DNA of 64,000 nucleotides from a candidate division FCPU426 bacterium. Its GTDB lineage: Bacteria > Oederibacteriota > Muellerivitia > Muellerivitales > Muellerivitaceae. The DNA is taken from assembly GCA_963719085.1 (NCBI GenBank), contig CAVRAL010000005.1, positions 162,442 to 226,441 on the forward strand. Reading direction: 5' to 3'. Of the stretch, positions 50,175 to 59,658 are shown piece after piece. Each line of letters begins with the position of its first letter. Position 1 is the first letter of the stretch. Below the pieces are notes generated by a model that saw only the letters and a program-made list of their open reading frames with translations, was not told the DNA's origin and ran no database searches. A program made the position numbers and the translations under genes.

Positions 50175-50522
50175 TTAAATTCTTAAGACTAGAGGATGAA
50201 GCGAGGAGAAGCTGGAAAATCTGGAAGAGAAAGTAAATTCAGGCCGCGGATAAAAACAACCGTTCGCCTTGATATAACAAGGAACCAACGCGAATGGTTC
50301 CGGACTTTCTTTTTGAATTGAACGGAACATCGAGGAATAAGAACGGTCCATCGGCGGCGCGAGCGAACCAGACCCTGGATGATGGACCGTCAGGGCCAGG
50401 GCCGCCGGACTATTCGCCTGAATAGTTGTCATTTGCGCGCTGACAACCACAGGCCGCAAGGCCAAAGTGGCCACCAACAGCAGCATCATCATAGAACCGA
50501 TATTTTTAAGGATCTTTCTCAA
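50175..50522 (-). CDS. Hypothetical exported/leader-like protein ending LVLRI
   Basis: Signal-like N-terminus; GGTGG RBS before TTG. Confidence 0.5.
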   Translation of the reverse strand: MRKILKNIGSMMMLLLVATLALRPVVVSAQMTTIQANSPAALALTVHHPGSGSLAPPMDRSYSSMFRSIQKESPEPFALVPCYIKANGCFYPRPEFTFSSRFSSFSSLHPLVLRI

Positions 50523-50743
50523 AAACCCACCTTCTTAAAAAAGTATCGCCTTACCCGTTGATATTTTGACGAATGGTTCGGCCAAAAAGTTTCATTTTTT
50601 GGGGGTAAGCCAATCATTTAAAATTTTAGTTCTGGCCTCCTCGAGCGGTCTACGAATTAGGTTCAAACCACCGAATAATTCATATCATTCGCTTTTATAT
50701 TCCACTTTCGGGAAACATCCTGATCCATCGGCGTTTGAACTAA

Positions 50744-50778
50744 AAAAGCCGCCTAAACAAATCGTTTAGGCGGCTTTT
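50744..50778 (-). terminator. Terminator after tRNA-Gln
   Basis: AAAAGCCGCCTAAAC / GTTTAGGCGGCTTTT. Confidence 0.85.
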
Positions 50779-50784
50779 GTCATT

Positions 50785-50858
50785 TGGCTGGGAGACTTGG
50801 ATTCGAACCAAGATAAGCAGAGTCAGAGTCTACTGTCCTACCGTTAGACGATCTCCCA
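50785..50858 (-). tRNA. tRNA-Gln (CTG)
   Basis: TGGGAGATCGTCTAACGGTAGGACAGTAGACTCTGACTCTGCTTATCTTGGTTCGAATCCAAGTCTCCCAGCCA. Confidence 0.96.
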
Positions 50859-50982
50859 AGATTCATCAGCTTCAAAAGTCCGGACAGGGCTGGAATTTTA
50901 TCACAAGATTCAAAAGGTCCGAATAAAATTCCGAACCTTTCAACCATGTAAAAACAGGAGTTTTAAAAAGAATGGGCGGTTC

Positions 50983-51540
50983 TTAAGGCTTAACGATGGA
51001 CATGACCGTTTGGTCATGGTGTTCCCCGTCGCGGAAAACATAGCTCTTGCGGATGCCCTCGATTTGGAACCCGGCCTTTTGAAGCGCGTTCAGGGACCTG
51101 ATATTGTAAGCCGCCGATACCGCCCCGATGCGTTTATAGCCCAATTGTTCCAAACCGTACTTCACCATGCGTTTGGCGGTCTCGGTTCCGATGCCCTTGC
51201 CCCACCAATTTTTATCGCCGATTAAAAAGCCAAACTCAGCGGTGCGGTGGGAAGGCCTCTCCGAGTAAAACTCAGCGGTTCCCACGGGCAGCCATTTGCC
51301 GCCCTGCTCCACCTCGATGACGAAGGACCGGGGAAGCTTTTCTTCCTCATGGGAGCCGGATTTTTCAAACCATTTTTCGGCGTCCGAAAAGGTCTGATCC
51401 ACGAAATGCACGTCAAACAGGTGGCGTACCTCTTTATCGTTCCACCAACCCACGATTTGGGCCCAATCGTTGCGGTTTACCGACCTCAGCCGCCCCTTTT
51501 GCTCGCCGCGCTGGAAAACGAACTCAATAACATGGGCCAT
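50983..51540 (-). CDS. GNAT N-acetyltransferase (RimJ/RimL-like)
   Basis: AEFGFLIG..WWGKGIGT, N..S...LQKAGF..EG. Confidence 0.9.
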   Translation of the reverse strand: MAHVIEFVFQRGEQKGRLRSVNRNDWAQIVGWWNDKEVRHLFDVHFVDQTFSDAEKWFEKSGSHEEEKLPRSFVIEVEQGGKWLPVGTAEFYSERPSHRTAEFGFLIGDKNWWGKGIGTETAKRMVKYGLEQLGYKRIGAVSAAYNIRSLNALQKAGFQIEGIRKSYVFRDGEHHDQTVMSIVKP

Positions 51541-51616
51541 AACGCCCCCCTTGATTGAACTTGAAACCTCAGCGCCTGCTCACCCCCCTGAGCTTAGCCG
51601 ATATGCCCCCGCAAGC

Positions 51617-53092
51617 TCAAGAGGCTCCCCCCGGATTGGTCCGAATCGTTTGAATCAGGCGCAAAAGCCTGACCACACAACGGCCTTGGCCCAATATTTC
51701 AATGAGCTCAAAAAGATTGGGGCTGGCCGATTTGCCCGTAATGGCCAAGCGCATGGGATGGACATATTCCCCGAATTTTCGGCCGCTTTGCACCGCCACC
51801 TCCCGGAACCGCTGTTCCAAAGCCATGGCGTTAAAGACCCGGCTTTCTTCCAGCACGATGGCCGCTTGTTCCAATATCGGGATCGTGGCGGGAATGCCGT
51901 ACTTCATCATGGCTTCCGTCTCGTAAGTGTGAACTTCCCCCAAAAAGTAGGTTAACTGTTCCCCCACTTCCGAGATGGTCTTCAGGCTGTTTTTGACGGT
52001 CGCGATCATGCGCATCAAGGCCTCGCCGCCTTGGCGCATAAAATCCTCGTTGATGGCGTCGGCCTCCCAGAGGTACTCAAGGCAAAGCTGATAAATTTCC
52101 TGGTCGGAGGCTTCACGGATGTAATGTCCGTTCATCCACTGCAATTTATCGTAATCAAAAGCCGCCGGGCTCTTCACGACCTTTTCCAGTTTGAAATGCT
52201 TGATCAGCTCATCCTTGGAAAACAGCTCGGTCTTCCCGTCAAAGGCCCAGCCCAACAGGGCCAGGTAATTCATGAGCGCTTGGGGAAGATATCCTTGTTT
52301 TTTAAACTCACCCACGGCGCTGGCGCCATGCCGCTTGGACAAAGGCGCGCGGTCCGGCCCCAGGATGAGGGGGATATGGGCGAATTGGGGTTGGGGAAGC
52401 CCGAGGGCCTGGTACAAAAGAATTTGCTTGGGGGTATTGGAAAGATGGTCCTCGCCCCGGATCACGTGGGAAATTTTCATCAAGGCGTCGTCGACCGCGG
52501 CCACGAAATTATAGGTCGGCTCGCCGCTGCTTCGAACCAAAATAAAATCGTCCAATTCGGCGTGCTCCACCGTCACCTCGCCCCGGATCATATCCGTGAA
52601 CTGGGTATGGCCCTCGGGCACCCGCAAGCGGATGGCGTAAGGCGTCTTTTCTTTTTTACGGCGGTCCACTTCTTCCTTCGAAAGTCCCCGGCATTTGCCC
52701 GAGTAGCGGTGGCCTTGGTTGATGAACTGGGAGGCTTGCCGCTCGGCTTCCAGTTCTTTATGGGTGCAAAAGCAAGGGTAGACGGCCCCGGTGGACAGTA
52801 AAAGCTTCAGTTGTTCCCGGTAAAGCGGCGCCCGCTCCGTTTGGCGGTAGGGGCCGTAAGGACCGCCGACCGAAGGGCCTTCATCCCAATTAAGCCCCAT
52901 CCACTGCAAGTCCCGGATGATGGCTTCCTCATACTCGTCTTTGGACCTTTCGCGGTCGGTGTCCTCAATGCGCAAAATAAACTTCCCCCCCATATGCCGG
53001 GCGAAAAGCCAATTAAAAAGCGCCGTGCGGGCCCCGCCCACATGCAAAAAGCCGGTGGGGCTGGGGGCGAATCGAACTCGAACCTCGCTCAT
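51617..53092 (-). CDS. gltX: Glutamate--tRNA ligase
   Basis: RFAPSPTGFLHVGG, LRIEDTD, RGEDH, PLSKRHG. Confidence 0.98.
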   Translation of the reverse strand: MSEVRVRFAPSPTGFLHVGGARTALFNWLFARHMGGKFILRIEDTDRERSKDEYEEAIIRDLQWMGLNWDEGPSVGGPYGPYRQTERAPLYREQLKLLLSTGAVYPCFCTHKELEAERQASQFINQGHRYSGKCRGLSKEEVDRRKKEKTPYAIRLRVPEGHTQFTDMIRGEVTVEHAELDDFILVRSSGEPTYNFVAAVDDALMKISHVIRGEDHLSNTPKQILLYQALGLPQPQFAHIPLILGPDRAPLSKRHGASAVGEFKKQGYLPQALMNYLALLGWAFDGKTELFSKDELIKHFKLEKVVKSPAAFDYDKLQWMNGHYIREASDQEIYQLCLEYLWEADAINEDFMRQGGEALMRMIATVKNSLKTISEVGEQLTYFLGEVHTYETEAMMKYGIPATIPILEQAAIVLEESRVFNAMALEQRFREVAVQSGRKFGEYVHPMRLAITGKSASPNLFELIEILGQGRCVVRLLRLIQTIRTNPGGAS

Positions 53093-53191
53093 AACTTGAA
53101 ACCCTCATTCCTTTTTTCAACCCCGCGTCGGCCCGGGGATGCTATGCTAAAGGCGCTTTTGACCTAACTTTCACGGTAAAGGACCCGCGCC

Positions 53192-53572
53192 ATGTCGAAA
53201 CTCAGCCGCCCCGCGCCTAAGAATAATAAACGCTCGGCAAACCCCCGGGTGGTCATGGTCAAAACAATCAAAGCCCGAATGTTGGGAGGGATCGACCGCG
53301 ATCTTTTCCAGGCCCAGTTGATCAACGTCAGTAAGACCGGGGCTCAATTCTACTCGAATAAGTTCATCGAAACCAACGCGTCCGTCGTCTTGGACTTGGA
53401 TTCACTCGATGGAAGCCATAGCGTGGCTTTCGAGGGCCGGACCGTTTGGGCCCGAAAGAATCCCCTCAAAACCATGGGCCGTTACGCCTATGGGGTTAAT
53501 TTTGAGAAAATGACCCCGGACCTGGTGAAGTTCCTGGAAACGAACTATTCCCTGGCCTCCGCCGCCGAATAG
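53192..53572 (+). CDS. PilZ domain protein
   Basis: KRSANPR and NVSKTG (D/NxSxxG); ends YGVNF. Confidence 0.8.
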   Translation: MSKLSRPAPKNNKRSANPRVVMVKTIKARMLGGIDRDLFQAQLINVSKTGAQFYSNKFIETNASVVLDLDSLDGSHSVAFEGRTVWARKNPLKTMGRYAYGVNFEKMTPDLVKFLETNYSLASAAE

Positions 53573-53779
53573 CTTTCCCGGCTTTGGGAACAATGATAAA
53601 TGCCGATCAAGGCTGATATTTGAAACACAAAATCAGATTTAATCAGCCTCCACGTCTCTTCACCATATAGAAGTTAGAGGAGAGAGACATTGTCCCGGGC
53701 ATCCTTGACTTCAATAGCGAGCTCCGGGGCATCAATGTTTCAATAGGCCTTGCTTGGCAAAGCGAATCATTCCGTTATA

Positions 53780-54919
53780 TTAATTATTCGTTTGGGGGAT
53801 GATGGCCTTTTTCAACACCACCAGAATTTTCTTGTGCAAGTCATCCGTGTCCTTCGAGTTATTCATGGCCTTTTGGAATTGGGGATTGATCTCCAAGGCC
53901 TTTTTGAATTCCTTGAGCGACCGGCTCACGTCAAACCGGCACTTAATCAGATAGGCCACCCCCAAGTGATGGTGCAGATCGGCGTAATGGGGGTATTCCT
54001 CAATCACTTTGCTTAATTTATCGATGTATTGTTCGGTCATCTGAAGGTCGATGCCTTCGCTTCCATAGAGCAGGGTCAGGGTAAAGAAAAAGATGATCTC
54101 ATCCCCAATGCGGGGAAGATATTTCGGACGCACCTCCACCATATGCTGGAACGCCACCGGGAAACTGCGGTTCTTAATCATATCCATGGCCACCATATAT
54201 TCCCGGTTACGCACCTTGGGGTTCAAGGTCGCGGCCGTTTCCGCCTCGGTCTTGGCCCGCTCCGAAAGTTCCACGATCTTATCCTCGGTCAAAACCGTTC
54301 CATTGGCCAAATACCCCACACAAGCGGTCGCCAACCGAAGCCGCGCGTCCGCGTAACGGGGATTAATTTGAAGCGCTTGAAGGTAGCATTGAACGGCCGA
54401 GTCCAATTCTTTGCGGTAAAGATGGGCGTTGCCCAGATGGTAATAGATGTCAGCGAAAGACGGCCCCAGCTCCTGCGCCCGGTTGAGGATGGAAATCGCG
54501 CCCTCAAAATCTTCCACCAAAGTCAGGGCGATGCCGTAATTTTTAATGGATTGCAGATGGGTGGGATCCATCTCGATGGACTTGATGAATTTTTGCTGGG
54601 CATCCTCGTAAAAACCGTTGGAAAGGAAAATAACCCCCATTTTCCAGCAGGCGTCCGGCGTGGGCTTTTCGTCGACTTTGCGGCTAAGGCGGAAAATCGA
54701 TTCCAGTTCCACGGCCCGGATATGGTGGGTTTCTTGTAAAAGATGTTTAAGGCTATCCGCGGAAAGACCTTCGGCCACATCAAAGGCCCGTTGGGAAATG
54801 ACCCGCCCCCCCAAATAAACCAGGGAAGAAACCCGGTTTTTACTGGGCGTGGCGGATGTCTCAATCGTAAAGTTTTTTCCCTCAATTTCAATGAGGGAGG
54901 TTAATGCGCCCGATTCCAT
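53780..54919 (-). CDS. Tetratricopeptide repeat protein
   Basis: Multiple TPRs (PSFADIYYHLG, INPRYADA, PHYADLHHHLG). Confidence 0.88.
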   Translation of the reverse strand: MESGALTSLIEIEGKNFTIETSATPSKNRVSSLVYLGGRVISQRAFDVAEGLSADSLKHLLQETHHIRAVELESIFRLSRKVDEKPTPDACWKMGVIFLSNGFYEDAQQKFIKSIEMDPTHLQSIKNYGIALTLVEDFEGAISILNRAQELGPSFADIYYHLGNAHLYRKELDSAVQCYLQALQINPRYADARLRLATACVGYLANGTVLTEDKIVELSERAKTEAETAATLNPKVRNREYMVAMDMIKNRSFPVAFQHMVEVRPKYLPRIGDEIIFFFTLTLLYGSEGIDLQMTEQYIDKLSKVIEEYPHYADLHHHLGVAYLIKCRFDVSRSLKEFKKALEINPQFQKAMNNSKDTDDLHKKILVVLKKAIIPQTNN

Positions 54920-54948
54920 TTTTTTCCAGTTAAGGGCCCGTTAGTCCT

Positions 54949-55311
54949 TCAAGACTTCTGGAACCCTTTAATCACGGCTTGATCCACGTTGGGAAACGAT
55001 TTCAAAATGGTATTGAATTCCAGAAGCTCGAAAACCTCGGAAACCTCCGGATTCATCCCGACCAAAATAAGATCGCCTTTTTGTTTGCGGATGCGTTTCA
55101 GCTCACTGATGAAAATACCCCAGCCCGCGCTGCTGATGTAATTGACATCTTTCAAATCCACGATCAATTTGTACTTTTTGTTGTCCAAAACATCGTGGAA
55201 GGTCTTTTCGAATTCCGGTGCGGTCGTGGTGTCGATAAAGCCCCGCACCGCGAGCACACTGATATCCTTGTTTTTGGGGTGGGACGAGACGTTGACTGAG
55301 ATGTTATCCAT
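54949..55311 (-). CDS. STAS anti-sigma-factor antagonist
   Basis: GFIDTTT, YISSAG. Confidence 0.93.
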   Translation of the reverse strand: MDNISVNVSSHPKNKDISVLAVRGFIDTTTAPEFEKTFHDVLDNKKYKLIVDLKDVNYISSAGWGIFISELKRIRKQKGDLILVGMNPEVSEVFELLEFNTILKSFPNVDQAVIKGFQKS

Positions 55312-55347
55312 AAATCCTCCAAAAGATGAGCTATTATTACTACGACG

Positions 55348-58023
55348 TTAGAGAGTGTCAACCTCGTTCGAGGCGGCCGAAGAGCCTTCCGGCAACGCTT
55401 CCAAAGTCATTGGCTCGTCAACACCAGCCCGGCTTTTCAAATATTTCCGAACCGCCCGCGCGTCAAGCTGCCGGGGGCTTTCGGGATTTTTCTTGAGCAT
55501 TTTCACGATGTCCTCCGCCGCGAGGTCGGCGTTTTCCTTGAGCGCGCGGGCTACCGCTTCCTTCTCGTCCTCGGACAAGTCCACGACAGGATGCTTTTTA
55601 GGCTTCGCTGTTTTCGACTTAACCGTCTTCGCCGGCAGCCCGATCAAAAGCGGTTTGGGCCCGTCGATTCCCTTACGTTTCAAAAATTCCCGGATTCGCC
55701 TGGGCTCAATGTCCATCGGATTTTCCGCGTCATTTTTTATTTTTTCCGCGATTTTCGGCACCGTTAACCCGGGATTTTCCTCGATCAGTTTCATCACCGC
55801 GTCTTTTTGATCGTTGGACAATTCCCCAATGTCGCGTTTTCCCTTTTCGGAAGCCGACTTTAAGCCCTTCAGGCCTTGCTCGTCGAAAAGTTTTTTATAC
55901 CGGTAATAAAGCCCGGGGGAAACGTGCATCTGCCGGCAGGCTTGGGACACCGACAGGCCTTTTTTCTCGACCAAGTCCAAAAGTTTTTTACGCATCTTGA
56001 ACTGCACGGTCTCGGCCTTCATTTTTTCCTTGATCGCCACCACCGTGATGTCGTCATTTTGCTCGGCGCCGTTGGTGAACTGGGCGATGGCCTCATTTAA
56101 TTTTTGGACCAGCTCGGCCGGCGTCAGCTGGTAATTGTCCTTGATCACTTGGATCAGGCGTTTTTCCCCGAACTGCTCCTTTTTGACGTTCATGGCTTCC
56201 GTGATGCCGTCCGTGTAGATGAGCAGCACGTCGTCTTTTTCCAGCTTGATCTTTTGAAGCGCCATGTTGCGGGCGAACATGTCCTGCTCGGGCAGGTCAA
56301 TGCCCACGGGGAACCCCTTGGGCTTCAGGAAGAAGACTTCCTCGGTGGAACTGCGGTAAAGGATCATGGGGTTGTGCCCGGCGCTGGCGAAGTTGATGCT
56401 GCGGTTCCGGGAATCCAGGATGATGTAGAACATCGTGACGAACATTCCCTTTTTCATATCGCCGGTCACATGCTGGTTCACTTGCGCCAAAACGCTGGAC
56501 GCCGATTTGTTGCCGCGCGCTTCCATGCGCATGGCGGTGCGGATCATGGTCATGACCATGGACCCCGGGACCCCCTTACCCGAAACGTCGGCCACCACAA
56601 TGCCCATGGTGGTGGGATCCACCCAGAAAAAGTCGTAATAGTCGCCGCCCACTTCCTTGGCCGCCCGGTAAGTGGCGCCGATTTCATAGCCCTCAATCTC
56701 GGGGAAGGTGCTGGGAAGCAAGGTATGCTGGATCTCCTGCGCGACCTGCATTTCTTTCTGGAGCCGTTCCTGCTCCACCATGCCCTTTTGGGATTCCTGG
56801 AGCTTCACGGTCATGTCGTTGAAAATACTGGCCAATTGGCCGAATTCGTCCTTGGTATCCAGGTCGATTTTGGCGTTAAAATCACCCAAACTAACCGCGT
56901 TCACGCCCACCAAAATCTTCCGGAAGGGCCGGATCACGATCAGGGACAGGAAATAAAGCCCGCCGATGATGATCACCGAAAGCCCCAGAATCATCTTCGC
57001 CAAGTCGGATTTCACGTGGCCCAGGACCTTATCCACGGCGTCTTGGTTCATCCCCGAATGGACTTCCCCGACCCACTGGTTTTTAAAGAAAACCGGCGCC
57101 ACAAACTCACTCACCTTGCCCTTCGATGTTTTGAGGGTAAAAACCTTCACGCCCCCATCCTTGACGGGACGGACCGCGCCGGGACGGTGATAATCCTTAA
57201 AGACTTGGTTCAAGTCCGAATGGGCCAAAAATTTGTCGTCCCCATTGACCACGAAAACATAGTCCAAAACATGATTGCCGTCGTTTTGCAGGATCTGGCG
57301 GATAAGACGGTCCAGCCCCAAGTCATCCTTGCGTTGAACCGATTCCCCCGCCTGGGCCGCCATGTCCTGGGTCATGGATTGCACCTTGTCGCGCTGTTGG
57401 CCCAAGATGAAGGTTTGATTGCGGAAGTTGAGGAAGAAATAAACCGACAGGATAATGATCAGGATCAGGGCCACCGAGCCCAAAGTAAATTTAGCGGAAA
57501 TCGAAATCCGGTTCGGGCGTCCAGCCGTCAAGGCGCTGACCGGGGGCGCTTGGGATAACTTGCGGTACAGGATCAGGTCATTGCGGCCGTTCTTCGTCTT
57601 GTAGTCGACCTTGTACATGATCTTTTTGATGAGAAAAATGCCCAAGCCGCCTTTTTTACCGATATCCACATAGTGGTTCAAATCGGGGGCCTCAATCTTG
57701 CGGAAGTCGAAGGATTTGCCGAAGTCCGTGATGGCGATCCGGATGTCCTTGCGGCCGATACCGGCTTCCATGATGATCTTGCCGCCTTCCATGCCTTGGT
57801 AGGCGTGGCGGACGATATTGCTGCAAGCCTCGTCGATGGCCAATTTGACGCTGGAGGTTTCCTTGGAACTGCATCCGGCCGCGTCGCAAACCCGCTGGAT
57901 GAAATCCTTAATGGTCAAAAGCTCGATTTCTTGCGCCGGCACTTCCAAACGGAAAATGCGGCGGTGGGGCCTTAAAAAAGGAATGAGTTCGGTAAAATCC
58001 GGGATGAATTTTTTAAAATTCAT
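55348..58023 (-). CDS. Fusion: RsbW-like HATPase kinase + 2 TM/periplasmic sensor + HAMP + SpoIIE/PP2C phosphatase + C-terminal HTH array
   Basis: AIDEACSNIVRHAY, DFG, GGLG; two TM helices; DEFGQLA..FN.M; VGGDYYD, ADVSGKG, SAGHNP, YTDGITEA, DDIT; VSQACRQMHVS..LYYRY HTH. Confidence 0.9.
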   Translation of the reverse strand: MNFKKFIPDFTELIPFLRPHRRIFRLEVPAQEIELLTIKDFIQRVCDAAGCSSKETSSVKLAIDEACSNIVRHAYQGMEGGKIIMEAGIGRKDIRIAITDFGKSFDFRKIEAPDLNHYVDIGKKGGLGIFLIKKIMYKVDYKTKNGRNDLILYRKLSQAPPVSALTAGRPNRISISAKFTLGSVALILIIILSVYFFLNFRNQTFILGQQRDKVQSMTQDMAAQAGESVQRKDDLGLDRLIRQILQNDGNHVLDYVFVVNGDDKFLAHSDLNQVFKDYHRPGAVRPVKDGGVKVFTLKTSKGKVSEFVAPVFFKNQWVGEVHSGMNQDAVDKVLGHVKSDLAKMILGLSVIIIGGLYFLSLIVIRPFRKILVGVNAVSLGDFNAKIDLDTKDEFGQLASIFNDMTVKLQESQKGMVEQERLQKEMQVAQEIQHTLLPSTFPEIEGYEIGATYRAAKEVGGDYYDFFWVDPTTMGIVVADVSGKGVPGSMVMTMIRTAMRMEARGNKSASSVLAQVNQHVTGDMKKGMFVTMFYIILDSRNRSINFASAGHNPMILYRSSTEEVFFLKPKGFPVGIDLPEQDMFARNMALQKIKLEKDDVLLIYTDGITEAMNVKKEQFGEKRLIQVIKDNYQLTPAELVQKLNEAIAQFTNGAEQNDDITVVAIKEKMKAETVQFKMRKKLLDLVEKKGLSVSQACRQMHVSPGLYYRYKKLFDEQGLKGLKSASEKGKRDIGELSNDQKDAVMKLIEENPGLTVPKIAEKIKNDAENPMDIEPRRIREFLKRKGIDGPKPLLIGLPAKTVKSKTAKPKKHPVVDLSEDEKEAVARALKENADLAAEDIVKMLKKNPESPRQLDARAVRKYLKSRAGVDEPMTLEALPEGSSAASNEVDTL

Positions 58024-58026
58024 AAG

Positions 58027-59658
58027 TTATTTTTTCACTCCTTCCCCGGTGCCGGAGGTTGTGGAGGCGTCCAATAACTGTTGGGCTTCCTCAATATTGC
58101 GGCGCACCAGGTAGTTCTTCGGCTCATTTTCCAAAACCTTTTTCCACTCGGCAATGGCCGAGGAATAATTACCGGCCATGTAGGCGTTCACACCTTGGGC
58201 GTAATGGTCCGTGGCGTCCTTGGTCATGCTTTCCAGCGGCAAATAATGGCTTTCGGCGTCATGATAAAGAAAAGTCGAGTTGCGGTAACCCGGGGACAAG
58301 TCGTTCACCACGCCCAGGTAACGGACCGCCGTTTTATAATCCTCGCGGCTGTAAGCCTCGGTCCCCCGCATGTAATTGGAGGTCAGGACCAGTTCCCGGT
58401 TGACCTGGCCCAGCATTTTTTTAATCTGGGGATTCGTGGGATCCAGGCTCAGGCCCTGGGCCAAAACCCGCACCGCCCGGTCCAAATCGTCCGAGTCTAA
58501 AGCGTCCCGGCCCTCGGCGATATTGCTTCGGATGGCCTTTTCACGGCGGTCTTGCAGGTTTCGGATGGCCGCCGGGGCCTCGTCGTCCTCGGGGAACTGG
58601 CTGGCTTCGCTCTTCCAAGCCTGGATAGCCGCGTCATACTCGTTTTCTTTGTCATAGGTTTGGGCGATAAACTTCATGGTCTTCATTTTCAAGCCGTCCA
58701 GGGGATTGCGGTACTGGCCGAAACTATAGGTCAAAGAAAAGCGCTGGAGCGGCCCCAAATCCCTTTGGTTGAAAGCGTAATCAAACTCCAATCCGGACAG
58801 GCGTATCCCCGCGCCCGCGGTGGGGCTGACCCCGTCGAAACCCACCCGGCCAAAAAGGGTGTTATTCCAGCCATATTCCAGACCGGCCAATACCTGGTTG
58901 GTCGCTCCGGCGCCCGATTGCAATTGCCCTTCCACGCTCAACCAAAGGGAGCTGGACAAATCCAGCGACTGAAAATGATAGGAGATGGCCGGACGGTAAA
59001 TCCGGACCGGTTTATCCTCGAGTGAGAATAGGTGATTTTCCGGCGCGACCACGTTGGAAGCTGAAAAACCGATCGCGATATTATTGAGACCAAATTGGCT
59101 GAAATCCCTGCCCGTGCGGCCGAATTGGTAGAGGACGCCTAAATCCACGCCCATGCCGTTGTCCACATAGCTTCCCAATTCCTGGCGGTCATATTTGACG
59201 TTGCCGCCCAAGCTCAAGCCGTCCTCCAACTGAAACGCGTACCCGAACAAACCCTGTAATTGCTCGTTGGCGATCGTTCCCTCGGAGCTGATGCCGCTGG
59301 TGGTTTCCAAAACTCCAGAGGTGGACACCCGCTCAATCGCGGCGCCGAAGCTGGTGTGGGAGCCCACGGGCAAAACATAACCGATCGCGTCATAAGAAGA
59401 ATCCAGCAACAGGGGCGAATGAAAGGTGAGGATTTCTTGCTGGGTCAGGGTGGCCAAGGTAGCCGGGTTGAGAAAGAAAGAACTGCCGTCCCCGGCCAAG
59501 GCCGTGCCCACGCCGCCCATCCCCAAGGTCCGGGCCGAACCGCCCAGTTCAAAGGGTGATACCGTGCCGCCGCTGTCCTGGGCAAAGGCCGGGCTCAGGG
59601 CCGCCGTCAAAAGCATCCCTCCCAGGGCCCAATGATGAATGAGGGTTTTCGCGTTCAT
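58027..59658 (-). CDS. PorV/PorQ-like beta-barrel fused to C-terminal TPRs
   Basis: Signal peptide; FELGGSARTLGMGG, FLNPATL, GVDLG, FDYAF...QRFSLTY, then TPR helices. Confidence 0.8.
   Translation of the reverse strand: MNAKTLIHHWALGGMLLTAALSPAFAQDSGGTVSPFELGGSARTLGMGGVGTALAGDGSSFFLNPATLATLTQQEILTFHSPLLLDSSYDAIGYVLPVGSHTSFGAAIERVSTSGVLETTSGISSEGTIANEQLQGLFGYAFQLEDGLSLGGNVKYDRQELGSYVDNGMGVDLGVLYQFGRTGRDFSQFGLNNIAIGFSASNVVAPENHLFSLEDKPVRIYRPAISYHFQSLDLSSSLWLSVEGQLQSGAGATNQVLAGLEYGWNNTLFGRVGFDGVSPTAGAGIRLSGLEFDYAFNQRDLGPLQRFSLTYSFGQYRNPLDGLKMKTMKFIAQTYDKENEYDAAIQAWKSEASQFPEDDEAPAAIRNLQDRREKAIRSNIAEGRDALDSDDLDRAVRVLAQGLSLDPTNPQIKKMLGQVNRELVLTSNYMRGTEAYSREDYKTAVRYLGVVNDLSPGYRNSTFLYHDAESHYLPLESMTKDATDHYAQGVNAYMAGNYSSAIAEWKKVLENEPKNYLVRRNIEEAQQLLDASTTSGTGEGVKK

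Noticed and set aside
55400..56000. Insertion sequence suggested by the transposase-like HTH
   Set aside because: In frame with SpoIIE; no DDE domain, terminal inverted repeats or target duplication seen.
56104..57558. 484-aa plus-strand ORF
   Set aside because: Antisense to the conserved HAMP/SpoIIE coding region.
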